Of a stretch of 64,000 nucleotides of DNA, positions 24,081-34,440 are shown piece by piece. The notes under the pieces were generated by a model, which was not told where the DNA came from, did not search any database, and worked only from the letters and a program-made list of their open reading frames with translations. The stretch spans positions 91,018,001 to 91,082,000 of the forward strand of contig NW_024704743.1 of the NCBI RefSeq assembly GCF_018977255.1, read 5' to 3'. A program made the translations under genes and the position numbers. Source of the DNA: Callorhinchus milii (Eukaryota). How positions within the stretch are numbered: the first letter of the stretch is position 1; each line of letters begins with the position of its first letter.

Positions 24081-25859
24081 GTCAGGGAAGAAGGTGGGGG
24101 TGGGCTTGGGGGGGCAGTAGAGGAGGAGAATTTTGAGGGAAAGGTTGAAGGGATGATAGAGGGTAAGGTGCTCAAAGGGGGCAAGGTTCCAGAGGAGTGA
24201 GGGGATAGGCCGAGCGGGGACCGGAAGATGAGAGCCACCCCACCACCACGGCAGTTAGATCGAGGGGTATGATGGAAGGTGTAGCTGGCTGTTGTGGCCT
24301 CAGTCAGGGGGAAGGTGTCACCTGGAGTGATCCAGGTTTCAGTGAGGGCAAGGATGGCGATGTTTTCATCAATGATGAGGTCTTGGATGGTATGTGTTTT
24401 GTTGGAGAGGGAATGGACATTTTGTAGACCGATGCAGAGGGGACAGTTGGTGGCAGAAAGTAGGGGGTGAGACAGGGTGGTGGGGTGGGGGGGACTGATA
24501 GGGAGGGTAGGGATGTGGATCAGGGAGAAGAGGTTGGCCCCTGTGGCCAGGGACTGGTGAGCCTTGTGGCAAGAGTAGGGGATAGGGCAGTCAGAGTGGC
24601 TGCTGTTAGACTGCCAGCGGTGACTCCCACAGTGGGCCCGACGGAGGATTCGCCCAGGGAGGCAGTGGGACAGTCGAGCAGGGATAGGAGTTGGGGAGGG
24701 CGGTGGGAGAGGAGGATCGAGCGGGAGTAAGTGAGGGTAGAGAACAACTGTGGGGGCATCGTGGAGAAGCAGCTCGGGTTGGTGGCGATAGCCATAATGC
24801 GCACGCCAAGACTAAAAGCAAGTGGCGGGTTTGGGGGGGTCGGCGAGGCATGGTTAGCCCACTGGTGAGGGTCATCATGGGGAGAGAGGGACAGTGTTAT
24901 AATCAGTCCAGTCTGAGAGATTCAAAGTTGGCGGGAAGATGTGACTTCACGCGGCAGCCGGTCTCTGGTTGGCTGTTGACCGGGGGAGTCAGTGATGGCC
25001 GCGGCGGCGAATTCCACGATGGCCCCGCGGAGCGAGTATGTGAAGTAAACGTCTAAATTTATCTGGAGGATTATTGAATCCTTTCTCTTTTTAAATTTCA
25101 TCATGTGGTCCTTGACATTCAGCTGAACAGACAGGACTTCAGGTCAATGTCTCAACTCAAGGATAGGACTTTGAACAGTGCAGCCCTCTCCCAGCCCCGC
25201 ACTGGAACATCAGCTTGGACTATAAATCCAAGCCACCATGTGGCACTTGAGTGCTGCCAACTGAGCCAGGCTGACACTGCGACCTATTCTCTAATTAGCA
25301 GTACACTTACAGGCCTCACTAAGTAAGAATCGTGGGATTTTCTCACTATGTAACATATTGCCTTGCCCCCTCCCTCCCTACCTTCAAATCCCACCTAAAG
25401 ACCTTCCTTTTTAATCGTGCTTCCGGCACTTCCCTCCTCCCTCTCCCCCTGGCTCGGCGTAAGACTCCACCACTTTCGAGCGCTCCGGGACACTGCCGCG
25501 CATGTAGGCCGCTATATAAATGTGAGTTGTTGTCGTTGTATAATTGCACCACCAATGTGGGAAATTTACTGACAAGTGAAGAATTGCCTTTACTATGCCC
25601 TGCTTTACTGGAACCAGAACAAATTCCAAGTCTTGCTTTGTGTTTGACAAGAAACCTGTTTATTTAAACTGCATAATTATTACCCTTTAAATACTTCAAC
25701 GATCTGCCTAATCCCTATTGTCAATTCTTAGCCATTCACTCAGGGCTGCATATTATTTCAGGAACACCAACCACCACTTATTGGCAAAGCAACTATTGAG
25801 CAGGTGTCAGCCTGGAGCACACACTTCAGAACCCAGCGTAATTGGTGATTTTTAGATCA

Positions 25860-26232
25860 TTGTTAAGTGCTCCTCAGGAGATACTGTAAAGTGGTGTTTT
25901 TGTGGGTAATTTATGGATGAACAAACACAGCAATGTTCCACAAACAGCTGTCCAGTGAGTGACCGATTTAATTTGGGGGGATTATTGGCCAAGACACTCG
26001 GGGAAGTAACTCCCTTCTCTTTTTGAATACTTCCATGGGATCTTTAACGTTCACCTGTAGAGGCAAATTGATTTAACATCTCATCTGAAGGACAGCACCT
26101 CCTCCAATGCAGCACAATGCAATGAAGTGTCAACTAGTCTTAGGCAATAAAGGTTCCAAGTCCAACTTGGGGCTTGAAACCACAGCCTTCTGACTCAGAG
26201 GCGAGAGTATTAACAACTGAGCCAGCCTGACA
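25860..26232 (-). mobile_element. Older Deu-type SINE, near full length
   Basis: Reverse complement of GGCTCAGTTG..ACTCTCGCCTCTGAGTCAGAAGG head, AAAGATCCCATGG middle and CTGTTTGTGG core. Confidence 0.8.
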
Positions 26233-27379
26233 CCCATTGTTATTTGAATGTGTGCAGATGAGTCTACTTGTAAAGTTTAAGTGCATTATATCAATTTAAA
26301 TGTTCAATCAAACAGTTTTAGTTGCTTCATTATCAAAATGTTTATCATGAAGGCTAATGGTCTTCAGATAGAATATGTTCACTGTAGACAATTAGAAAAA
26401 TTATATTTCCAGCAGTTACACTCATTTGTGTGAATAACAACTTGCACTTAAATACCACCTTTTACATAAGCAGTTTACAGAGTTGGTGTAGAAATCCAAG
26501 CAAGGTGGGAAGTCGGTAGGCATTGATTGAAGAGATAAAAAAATTTCAGAAAGTTCTTAAGGAGGGAGGGTGTGAGGTGGAGGGATTTGGGGAGAGAATT
26601 TTCAGAAAGCGGGAGCTCATGGCATTGTTACTGTAAGCACACACATACTAAGTGGAAGAGATAGGAATGATAAAAAGAGGAAATATGATATGAGAAATGG
26701 ACAATGATCTGACTAACAAGACGTACAGAGAAATCTGAAAAGCTGTGTGAACCAGGTGCTCTGGAAAAATGCTTGTGATAAAAATTATTGAACCAGCAGT
26801 GTCTTATTACATTTTAGAAACATTGCAAAGCACTTCACAGAATTTTACTGTAGAGTGTAGTGGGTGTATATTTTGTAGTAACGACAGTAGAGTGTTTGCC
26901 CATAAAATACCTAGTCAGTTTTATTACACTTGACAGTATACCCTGCCATGCACTTTGAGTTGCTTTCCTGACATATAAGCTGCTGCAACAAATGCAAAGA
27001 TTATTATTATTGCTGTGTATTCAATGTGACATAACAGGTTGAATTAACCAAAACTGCAGGCCATACAAGTAACACGACAATATCTTTCCAAAACATAATT
27101 CAAAATCAAATATGATGCTGGGATCAATCCATGGGACCTTGTGGGGAAGGTACAATGAAATCAAATCAACATTGTGCTGCCTGTAAACAAGCCTTTAAAG
27201 GGGGTAAAATAAGGGTAACCAGGTAGATTTGGACCGTAAACTTGGCTTTTCCATCTATAATGTAACTGTTCGTGTTATTGCCAACTAAATCTGTGAATCT
27301 TAAAAGTTTGGAATTTGGTACCTGGTTCTCTCCCGAGCCACACCAAAAAATAAAAATCTTACAAGTTTGGGATTCGTCG

Positions 27380-27600
27380 GCAAAACATACAGTCAATTCA
27401 CTTTACAGTATATCCTGTGAAGTGCTTTGAGACGTCTCGACGATGTGATCAGGTGCTACATCAAATAATAATAATAATAATCCTTGCATTTGATATAGCG
27501 CTGTCACATTTTCGAGACGTCTCAAAGCGCTTCACGGGACATGCTGTGACTGTATATTGACTGTATATTTGCGGGCGAAAGGCAGCAGCCAATTGCAATT
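27380..27600. mobile_element. Two SINE 3' ends arranged tail-to-tail (inverted pair)
   Basis: Plus-strand tail 27380-27465, then (AAT)n, then a minus-strand tail and Deu core. Confidence 0.82.
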
Positions 27601-27783
27601 GCAAGGATCATTATTATCATCATCATCATCATTATTATCATTTGGTATCTGTGTTTTTCTTCCAGCCCCCAACAACAACAACAACAACAACAACAACGAC
27701 GACAAAAACTTTTTTTTAAAAAAAAATCTCTTAAAAGTTTGTAATTTGGTATCTGGTTCTCTTCCCAGCCACAAGAAGAAGAA

Positions 27784-27814
<31 letters not shown>

Positions 27815-27857
27815 TGGAAATTTTCAGGACGTTTCACCTTCTCTGAGTGCCCCTTAC

Positions 27858-28087
27858 CTTGCTGTGACCTTGGGATCAAACTTTGCCCTGTACTTGGCCA
27901 CTCTGACCCTCCTGACTCCATCTGGGCAGCCGACCTCGCTCTGCCCGCAGACCACCGCCTTGGACCCCGGCTTCACCGGTCCCTCCTCACCGCAGCCCCT
28001 GGTCCTGCCTCTGACCACAGTCTTCACAAAGTCCAGGTAGCAGTCCTTGGGCGGCTCTGGCATCACTTTGCTCGTCCCGCAGCCCAT
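27858..28087 (-). CDS. PSKH2: PSKH-family Ser/Thr kinase (probable PSKH2), coding exon 1
   Basis: ATG at 28087 in strong context (GTGATGG) encodes MGCGTSKVMPEPPKD...RVAKYRAKFDPKVTA(R). It ends at an AG|GTAAG donor (intron starts 27857). 230 nt, phase 2, matching exon 2. Confidence 0.88.
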
Positions 28088-28098
28088 CACTCGGACAT
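28087..28098 (-). promoter_or_regulatory. Minimal uORF (ATG TCC GAG TGA) whose stop overlaps the kinase start codon (TGATG)
   Basis: Read directly on the minus strand. Assumes these bases are in the 5' UTR. Confidence 0.6.
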
Positions 28099-28144
28099 CG
28101 TGCTCTGAGTGAGCAGCCAATGCAGATGCACGTCTCACCCACCC

Positions 28145-28550
28145 TCTGCTGCTCTCTCTTTCTTCTCTCTTTCTCTCCTCACACACTCACTCACTCTCTC
28201 ACTCTCTCTCTCTATCTCTCACTCTCTCTCTGCATCCACAACCACTTACTGCACCAAGAGAAGCAGCAGCCGGATTTACCAGGTGCTGCTGCTGCTGCTG
28301 CTGCCTCCAACCATTGCTTCCCTCCTCATTTGCAATTCGTGTTTAACACTGGAACCCTCCCCAGACGCCAGGAGAGGGCGGCCGATGGGATCACACTGCC
28401 ATCAGCATTTCTCTACCAGCACTAAACTGAAGGGGTCCGATTGCATTTGCGTCTGAATGTTCCTCTCGATCCACTCCAGGAAGCGTTTCCCAAGAACAAG
28501 GCAACTGCTCTCTCTCTCTCTCTCTCTTTCACTCACACACACACACACAT
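28145..28550. repeat. Microsatellite-rich 5' UTR/promoter region: (CT)n/(CA)n tracts and (CTG)n at about 28283-28303
   Basis: Visible simple repeats immediately upstream of the kinase ATG. Confidence 0.85.
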
Positions 28551-28689
28551 TGCACTGATAGCTTTAACTGGACAAAGAGAATCAAACCCCACAATCTCCC
28601 TCTCAATCTGACACCAACTCCCAACCCTACACCCAACCCACACAATCTGACATCAAAAACCCAGTCTTAAACCCAACCCTATAATATAT

Positions 28690-29020
28690 AATAATGCTTG
28701 TATTTGATATCGCTCCTCATCACATCTTTGAGACGTCTCAAACCGCTTCACTATATTGTAAAGTGGATGGACTGTGTATTTTGCGGGCGAAACGCAACAG
28801 CCAATTGCGCACAGCAGTGTCCCACAGTCGTGGATTGAGTGCCCAATTTTTTTATGAGGGTTTATTACCCCTGGAAAGCGATCCACCAGTTGACTAACAA
28901 CCAGGTTCCTACTTAGTGTGCAAACAGAGGTGTGTGGAGTAAGGAAACTTGTCGCCTGTCCGGGAATCGAATCCAGGTTCTCTAACTTGCAAGGCGAGCT
29001 CGCTAACCATTATGCTACGT
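28690..29020 (-). mobile_element. tRNA-headed Deu SINE, longer subfamily
   Basis: Head, Deu core and tail, plus an extra TAACAACCAGGTTCCTA segment shared with the 50154 copy. Confidence 0.85.
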
Positions 29021-29874
29021 AATGGTGCGGCACGGGATAACACCACACCAGACTGGGACAATCTGACACCAACTTCAACCCGAGAATCTGTCAATTTCAA
29101 ACCTACACTTTATACATTCAATCTGACAATTACACCGGACGCCTTTTTTTTCCAAGTTTGAAATTGATTTAACTCCGTAATTCTCTCCCAGAATCCCTCC
29201 ATCCATCACTATCCATACTCTGCTCTCAAAACCCTTCTAAAAACCTACCTTTTCCACTGCGGTCAACTCCTTCTTGTTTCCCACCCTGTTAAGGTTCAAC
29301 ATTTTATTGTACTTTGAGGCGCAATATAAATGCGTTTCATCGTTGGCTGCGTTTGGAATCCAAGGGCTGAGGTTCCCGACTACAAGATTAGTTTTCACAG
29401 CCATTGACATGTATTCCAGTGCATTCCTGTGACACCATTCACTGCCTGGCTGAATAGGAGCATGAAAGTACACACAGGAAATGCATACCCTTGTGGGTGG
29501 CAAAACCAGGCCAGCAGAATGCATGAAAAATATCCGACCCCCAGCTCGGGTCTGTAACTCTGTCTGTCCACCGCCTTGAGACTTTCTCCTGACGTGAAAG
29601 GCGCTATACAATGTAATTTTGTTGTTGTTATTGTTACTGAGGGTTCTGAGCCTCTTATATTGGTTAACTTACTCAGCTTATGTCTTGGCCAACAATTCTC
29701 CGGAGGAATTATTCATTCATAAGATACTATTGAGTTTTAAAAAATCCTTATTTGGTTGAAAGCTGACATTCTAATGTCTTATTCAGAAAACTGACCCGAT
29801 AAACTTGGTTTCCTGATTGTTTTTTCAAGGGCAGGTGGGCAGTCCAAAGAACAAGTATGGGAGGAAATACACCA

Positions 29875-30487
29875 TGACCCACTCTGCCTTCCCCCTACCT
29901 CCGCAATGTCGCCCAGCTCTGACACTGTCTCACACCGCAGGCTGCCGAAACCCTCGTATACACCTTCATTACATCGAGGCTTGACTACGCAAACCCACTG
30001 CTTGTCGGCCTCCCCTCCACAGGCTGCAGATCTTCCAAAACTCTGCAGCCCATGTCCTCTCCCGCACTAGGCTCCACAACCCTATCACCCCCATCCTTGC
30101 CCAACTCCACTGGCTTCCCATCACACAGAGGATACAGTTCAAGATCCTGGTTCACACCTTCAAAGCCTTCCATGGTCTTGCTCCCCCCTACCTCTCTGAC
30201 CTCCTAGCCCCCTACCACCCTGTTTGCTCCCTCCCCTCAGTGGGCTCCAGGCTGCTTTACGTCCCCCACCTTGCTCGCCCCTCTATCGGCAGGCGGGCCT
30301 TCCGCGACTCTGCACCCACCCTCTGGAACTCCATCTTGCAGTCCCTCCGTCTCATCCCCTCCCTCACCACCTTCAAGACCCACCTCAAGACCCTCCTCTT
30401 TGACCATGCTTTCGATCTCCCTGCTTCCCCACTGCCCTCCCCACTGACGTGAAAGGTGTTTTACAAATGTAATTTTGTTGTTGTTGT
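29875..30487 (+). mobile_element. L2 LINE 3' fragment
   Basis: [25 protein letters not shown] and a (GTT)n tail. Confidence 0.9.
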
Positions 30488-31318
30488 AATGCTAGGTGAT
30501 ATCAGCACTCCGAGACACTATCCTGACAGTTGTTGTTGCTGCTTTCAGTTATGTTTCAATTAATGTTGTTTTAACCTAAATCTTAATACCTGGGAAGCTT
30601 TCACATATAACTATATATAAAAACATCAAATACCCACTGCACTTTACCCCACCAAACCAGCTTCAGGCTTTGAGGATTGCTGGCATCGCCAAATGCTCTT
30701 TGAATGATTGCAATGTTGAGTTTACACAGAGGACAGCACCTTACAGTGGCCAGATTTATTAATTCTCTCAAGTCTGACGCCAGGCCAAACATGAACTTAC
30801 TTTCCATTAACATGGGGCAACAGGACAAGAGATCACATACTCAGCGTTGTGAACAGCAATTTCAGGATAGACACCAGGAAGTCATCAAGGGTTGGAACAG
30901 GTTACCAGAAACCAGGAAGGATGGTTGAGGCCATGGCACTGGGCTTATTTAAGAAGTAGCTTTATGCTCTGAAGATAATTTTCTTTTGTTGAGCCAGGTT
31001 ACTTTACCTGTTATGAGTTTGGTTTGCAGGGAAAACAGGAGCTGAGTGGGAAGTGACCAATCTGCCCTTCCAAGACCTGGTCTGTCAATAGCAGGTCCGT
31101 GGAGCACTGTGGACCCACCTGGCTCAAGAACCTGACTTTGAGACTGTCTGTGTTGGGAAGACAGTTGGTATTCTGAAGGATAAACTCAAAGGGGTTGAAG
31201 GACCTTCTTCAGCCAAACTTCTCTTGTCATCTTGTGAGGCTTGATTGGAGCTGGACTGAAGCTGAAGGATTTACCTGTTACTCTCTGGCCCTGAGCTCAC
31301 TGTTGTCACAGTGTTAGT

Positions 31319-31633
31319 GGAGTCCTGTAGCTCAGTGGTTAGAGTACTCGCCTTGCAAGCGAGACATCTGGGTTTAATTCCAGGCAGGGTGAAACCTTGG
31401 GCAAGTTTCCTTACTTCACACGCCTAATAATAATCCCTCCAAAACAAAACAATAATAAATTGGTCATTTTCAATCCATGACTGTTTGTGGGATACTGCTG
31501 TGCACAATTGGCTGCCGCGTTTTGCCCACAAATATACGGTCAATTCACTTTGCAGTGTATTATGTGAAGTGCTTTGAGACGTCTAGAAGACGTGAAAAGC
31601 ACTATATCAAATGCAAGGATTATTATTATTATT
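31319..31633 (+). mobile_element. Full-length tRNA-Ala(TGC)-headed Deu SINE
   Basis: A box TAGCTCAGTGG, anticodon arm CTCGC-CTTGCAA-GCGAG, B-box-like GGTTTAATTCC, Deu core, L2-like tail and (ATT)n. Confidence 0.93.
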
Positions 31634-32806
31634 AGTGGGTTTTAATGGTCCTAGAGGATAGCACATGAGATCGGAATGTGACATGTATTATCTGATGAAC
31701 TCTTCATCACTTGGAGCATTGATTTAGATTAGATAATTCCTCCAGTCTGGGAGAAAAAAGAACAATTCAGGCAATTGTTACATTAATAAAGCAGAGTACA
31801 AAAATATTACACATCTTGCTACACTTGCAGTGCTGTCGTGAATGTTGTATGCAATATTACTTCTAATGGGTCTTTTTTTGTTCATTTAAATGTAAATGAA
31901 TGAGTGGGGTGAGACAGAGAATGGATATCTTATAGAAAAGCACACAAGGAAGCTGTGAGCTCCTCTGGACTCTGATGTTAGTGTGGGTGGGTAGCAATGA
32001 GCAAGGGCTGGCAATATATTTATTTTCCACTCAGTAAGTTAGAATCATAGAAAGTTTACAGCGCATCAGGAAGTCATTCAGCCCAATACTTCTCTCCCAG
32101 AAGTTCACCCTCTCTCTCTGAATCCATATACTCTAATCCCATTCCCCTGCTCTTTCCGCATGCGTTAATATTGCAGTTTTTTTCCCAAAGTATTTTGTCT
32201 AATTCATTTTTAACTATTGTTATAGACTCAGCTTCAATAATAATTTGTGGTAGGCTTGTCCACATTAAAATTTATGCTTACAAGTGCATCTTTTCAACTG
32301 ATTTAAATGTCATTTTGTTGTTGTTGTTGTTGTTGATTATTTCACCTGTTTAACATAACATTTATACACAGTAATTTAAAATGTTCTTCCTTCCCAGGAA
32401 ATCTTTTTTTAAAAAATCCAGTTTTGCTTAGCTCACCAGTTACAAAATGCAACGCTTTTGAAAGATGATTTCAGTGTGTGCCTGAAAAAACACTAGCATA
32501 AAATGCATCATAACCCCAGTACTCCACTGTAGTGTCAGCCTAGATTATAAATTCAAAGTCCCAAAATTGGGCTTGAAACCACAACCATCTGACTCTGAGG
32601 TGAGAGTGCTCCTAACTGAGCCAGGCTGACACCTTCAAGGCTGTTCGGCTGCCACGTCCACCTAGAAAAATAGAGTCACTACACTTTACAATGAATCCTG
32701 TGAAGGGCTTTGAGACGTCTTAACGACTTGATAAGGCGCTATACTAAATACAAGGATTATTATTAGTAATCGGCAGTATAACAGCAGCTACAGAGATGTA
32801 CTTTAG

Positions 32807-32820
32807 CCACCAGATGGCGC
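32807..32820 (+). promoter_or_regulatory. CTCF-like motif CCACCAGATGGCGC
   Basis: Close match to the vertebrate CTCF core consensus in non-repeat DNA with CpG retained. Motif only. Confidence 0.45.
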
Positions 32821-33279
32821 AACATGTTAGGAATATCAAGTAGACTTCTATTGTGTGGTATGCACTGTTTCCTTCACTTGAAAGCAATGGGGTCTGAGTT
32901 GCGATATAGTATTCATATAAGGCTTGGAAAGTATTAATTTGATACTTTCCACGCTTCAGTTGGCTTGAGCAGACAGATTAAGGTCAATTTGCTAAAGTGC
33001 AAAACAAAAAGCCAGTGAGCAAAACAGACAATGTTGGAGAGATGGTGTTGTGATCTCTTGCCTTTCTTTTGAGTTTGGTGGCTTTCACCTCATCCCGAAA
33101 GGAAACTTTATGATTGGTCATTAGTCTGAAATAAATGGTCTCTGATGAAATATTAACCTATTTTCTTTCAGGTGCCGATCACTATCCATTTCCAGTATTT
33201 CATACTTCAACTTCACAATCTTTACTTTCAAATGTTCCTACTGGCAAACATCATAAATTAGATTCCAATGTAGTATCAA

Positions 33280-33630
33280 GAAAGATTGGACAAACTTTTG
33301 CTCTCTGGAGAGGAGATGATTGAGAGGGGATCTTGAGAGGCTGTTTCCACTTGTTGGTGTGTCCAACACCAAGGAGCATAAAAATAAGAGAGAGCGATCT
33401 AAAAGGTTTAAGAGAAACGTCTTTATGCCAAGTGATGAAAATGTGGAACTCACTGCTGGAAGTTGTGATGTAGCAGAAAGCATCAATATATTTATGAGGA
33501 AACTTGATGCACAAACGATAAAAAAGAACAGCAGATTGGGAGGGATGGAGGCTCATGTGGAATATAAAAACCAGCATGGCTAGTTGGGTCAAATGGCCTG
33601 TTTCTGTGCAGTCTATTTAATTCTACATTC
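33280..33630 (+). mobile_element. CR1 LINE 3' end, decayed
   Basis: LRGDL..LFPLVGVSNTKEH, then TGGGTCAAATGGCCTGTTTCTGTGC..ATTCTA tail. Confidence 0.8.
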
Positions 33631-34139
33631 ATTCTACCATAAAATGGACCCCAGGATGTTTAAACAACAACAACTTGCATCAGAGCACTTAAAGCGTACA
33701 AGGACACACAGGGCCATTTTAGTGAAAGACCATGTGTTTTAATAGAAATTCCTATAATAAATCTTAATATTATGAAACATTTTAAATCAGTGGGTGAATG
33801 GAATATTTTCTACCTTTTGAACTCAGAGCCAGCACCAAGTGTATCCAGGTCTATCCAGGTCTGTCTATTCTCCTCCAACAATACCACAACTGCCCTTATT
33901 TATACGGAGCTGTCACCAATACTAAAGCAACAATTTAAGGCGCTCCATTATACATTTGTACCCTTTCTATGCAGTGCCGTGGTGTACTGCCGTGATGCCA
34001 CTTGGTATTTTAGGAAGGGTTGAGGCTCATCCAATTATCCCCTATGTACGTGATTTATAATATTACTGAACATATGCCTGAAATTGTTGTGGGAATCACA
34101 CCAAGTTCTTTTACAAGCAATGAATAAGTCGTGATGAAT

Positions 34140-34440
34140 TTAATCCTTGCATTTTGATATAACACTTTTCACGTTTTCTAGATGTCTCAAAGCGCTTCAC
34201 AGAATATGCTGTAAAGTGAATTGACCGTATATTTGTGGGTGAAACGCGGCAACCAATTGCGCACGACAGTGTCCCACAAATAGTCGTGGATTGAAAATGA
34301 CCAATTTATTATTGTTTTTTGTTTTGGAGGGATTATTATTAGGCGTGTGGAGTAAGGAAACTTGCCCAAGGTTTCGTCCTGCCTGGAATTGAACCCAGGT
34401 GTCTCGCTTGCAAAGCGAGTGCTCTAACCACTGAGCTACT
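34140..34440 (-). mobile_element. Deu SINE, nearly full length, flanked by a 20-bp inverted duplication
   Basis: Standard head, core and tail. 34137-34156 is the reverse complement of 34446-34465. Confidence 0.9.

Larger units (their letters stand above)
20625..25030 (-). mobile_element. Near-full-length decayed L2 LINE in kinase intron 1 (CpG-rich 5' end, leader, APE endonuclease, RT, 3' tail), interrupted by two other L2 fragments
   Basis: Endonuclease motifs GLQNVHSLSNK, LALTETW, ILGDFHLH, GHPLDLVI and ISDH. RT motifs [12 protein letters not shown] and MHASDTQLY. GTT-like tail. Collinear once the inserts at 22530-22893 and 23368-24080 are removed. Confidence 0.9.

Noticed and set aside
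24765..24800. 2A-like ribosome-skipping motif in the L2 leader (..ATNPS..)
   Set aside because: It does not match D(V/I)ExNPGP.
24606..24878. Secreted LRR protein exon (signal peptide + CPHSCS resembling an LRRNT cap)
   Set aside because: The third Cys and any LRR repeats are missing, and the DNA is collinear with the L2 5' end and homologous to the other L2 copy.
1..28087. Orientation bias of intronic L2s relative to the kinase gene
   Set aside because: Both orientations are present in similar numbers, and the sample is too small.
28600..29135. Recurring CAATCTGACA(C/A) motif as a CRISPR-like or regulatory array
   Set aside because: Irregular spacing, few degenerate copies and a eukaryotic context. 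Best explained as a decayed minisatellite split by a SINE.
31319..31392. Functional tRNA-Ala(TGC) gene (also at 8123, 35725, 38162, 48229)
   Set aside because: The acceptor stem is not canonical and each copy continues into the SINE body, so these are SINE heads.
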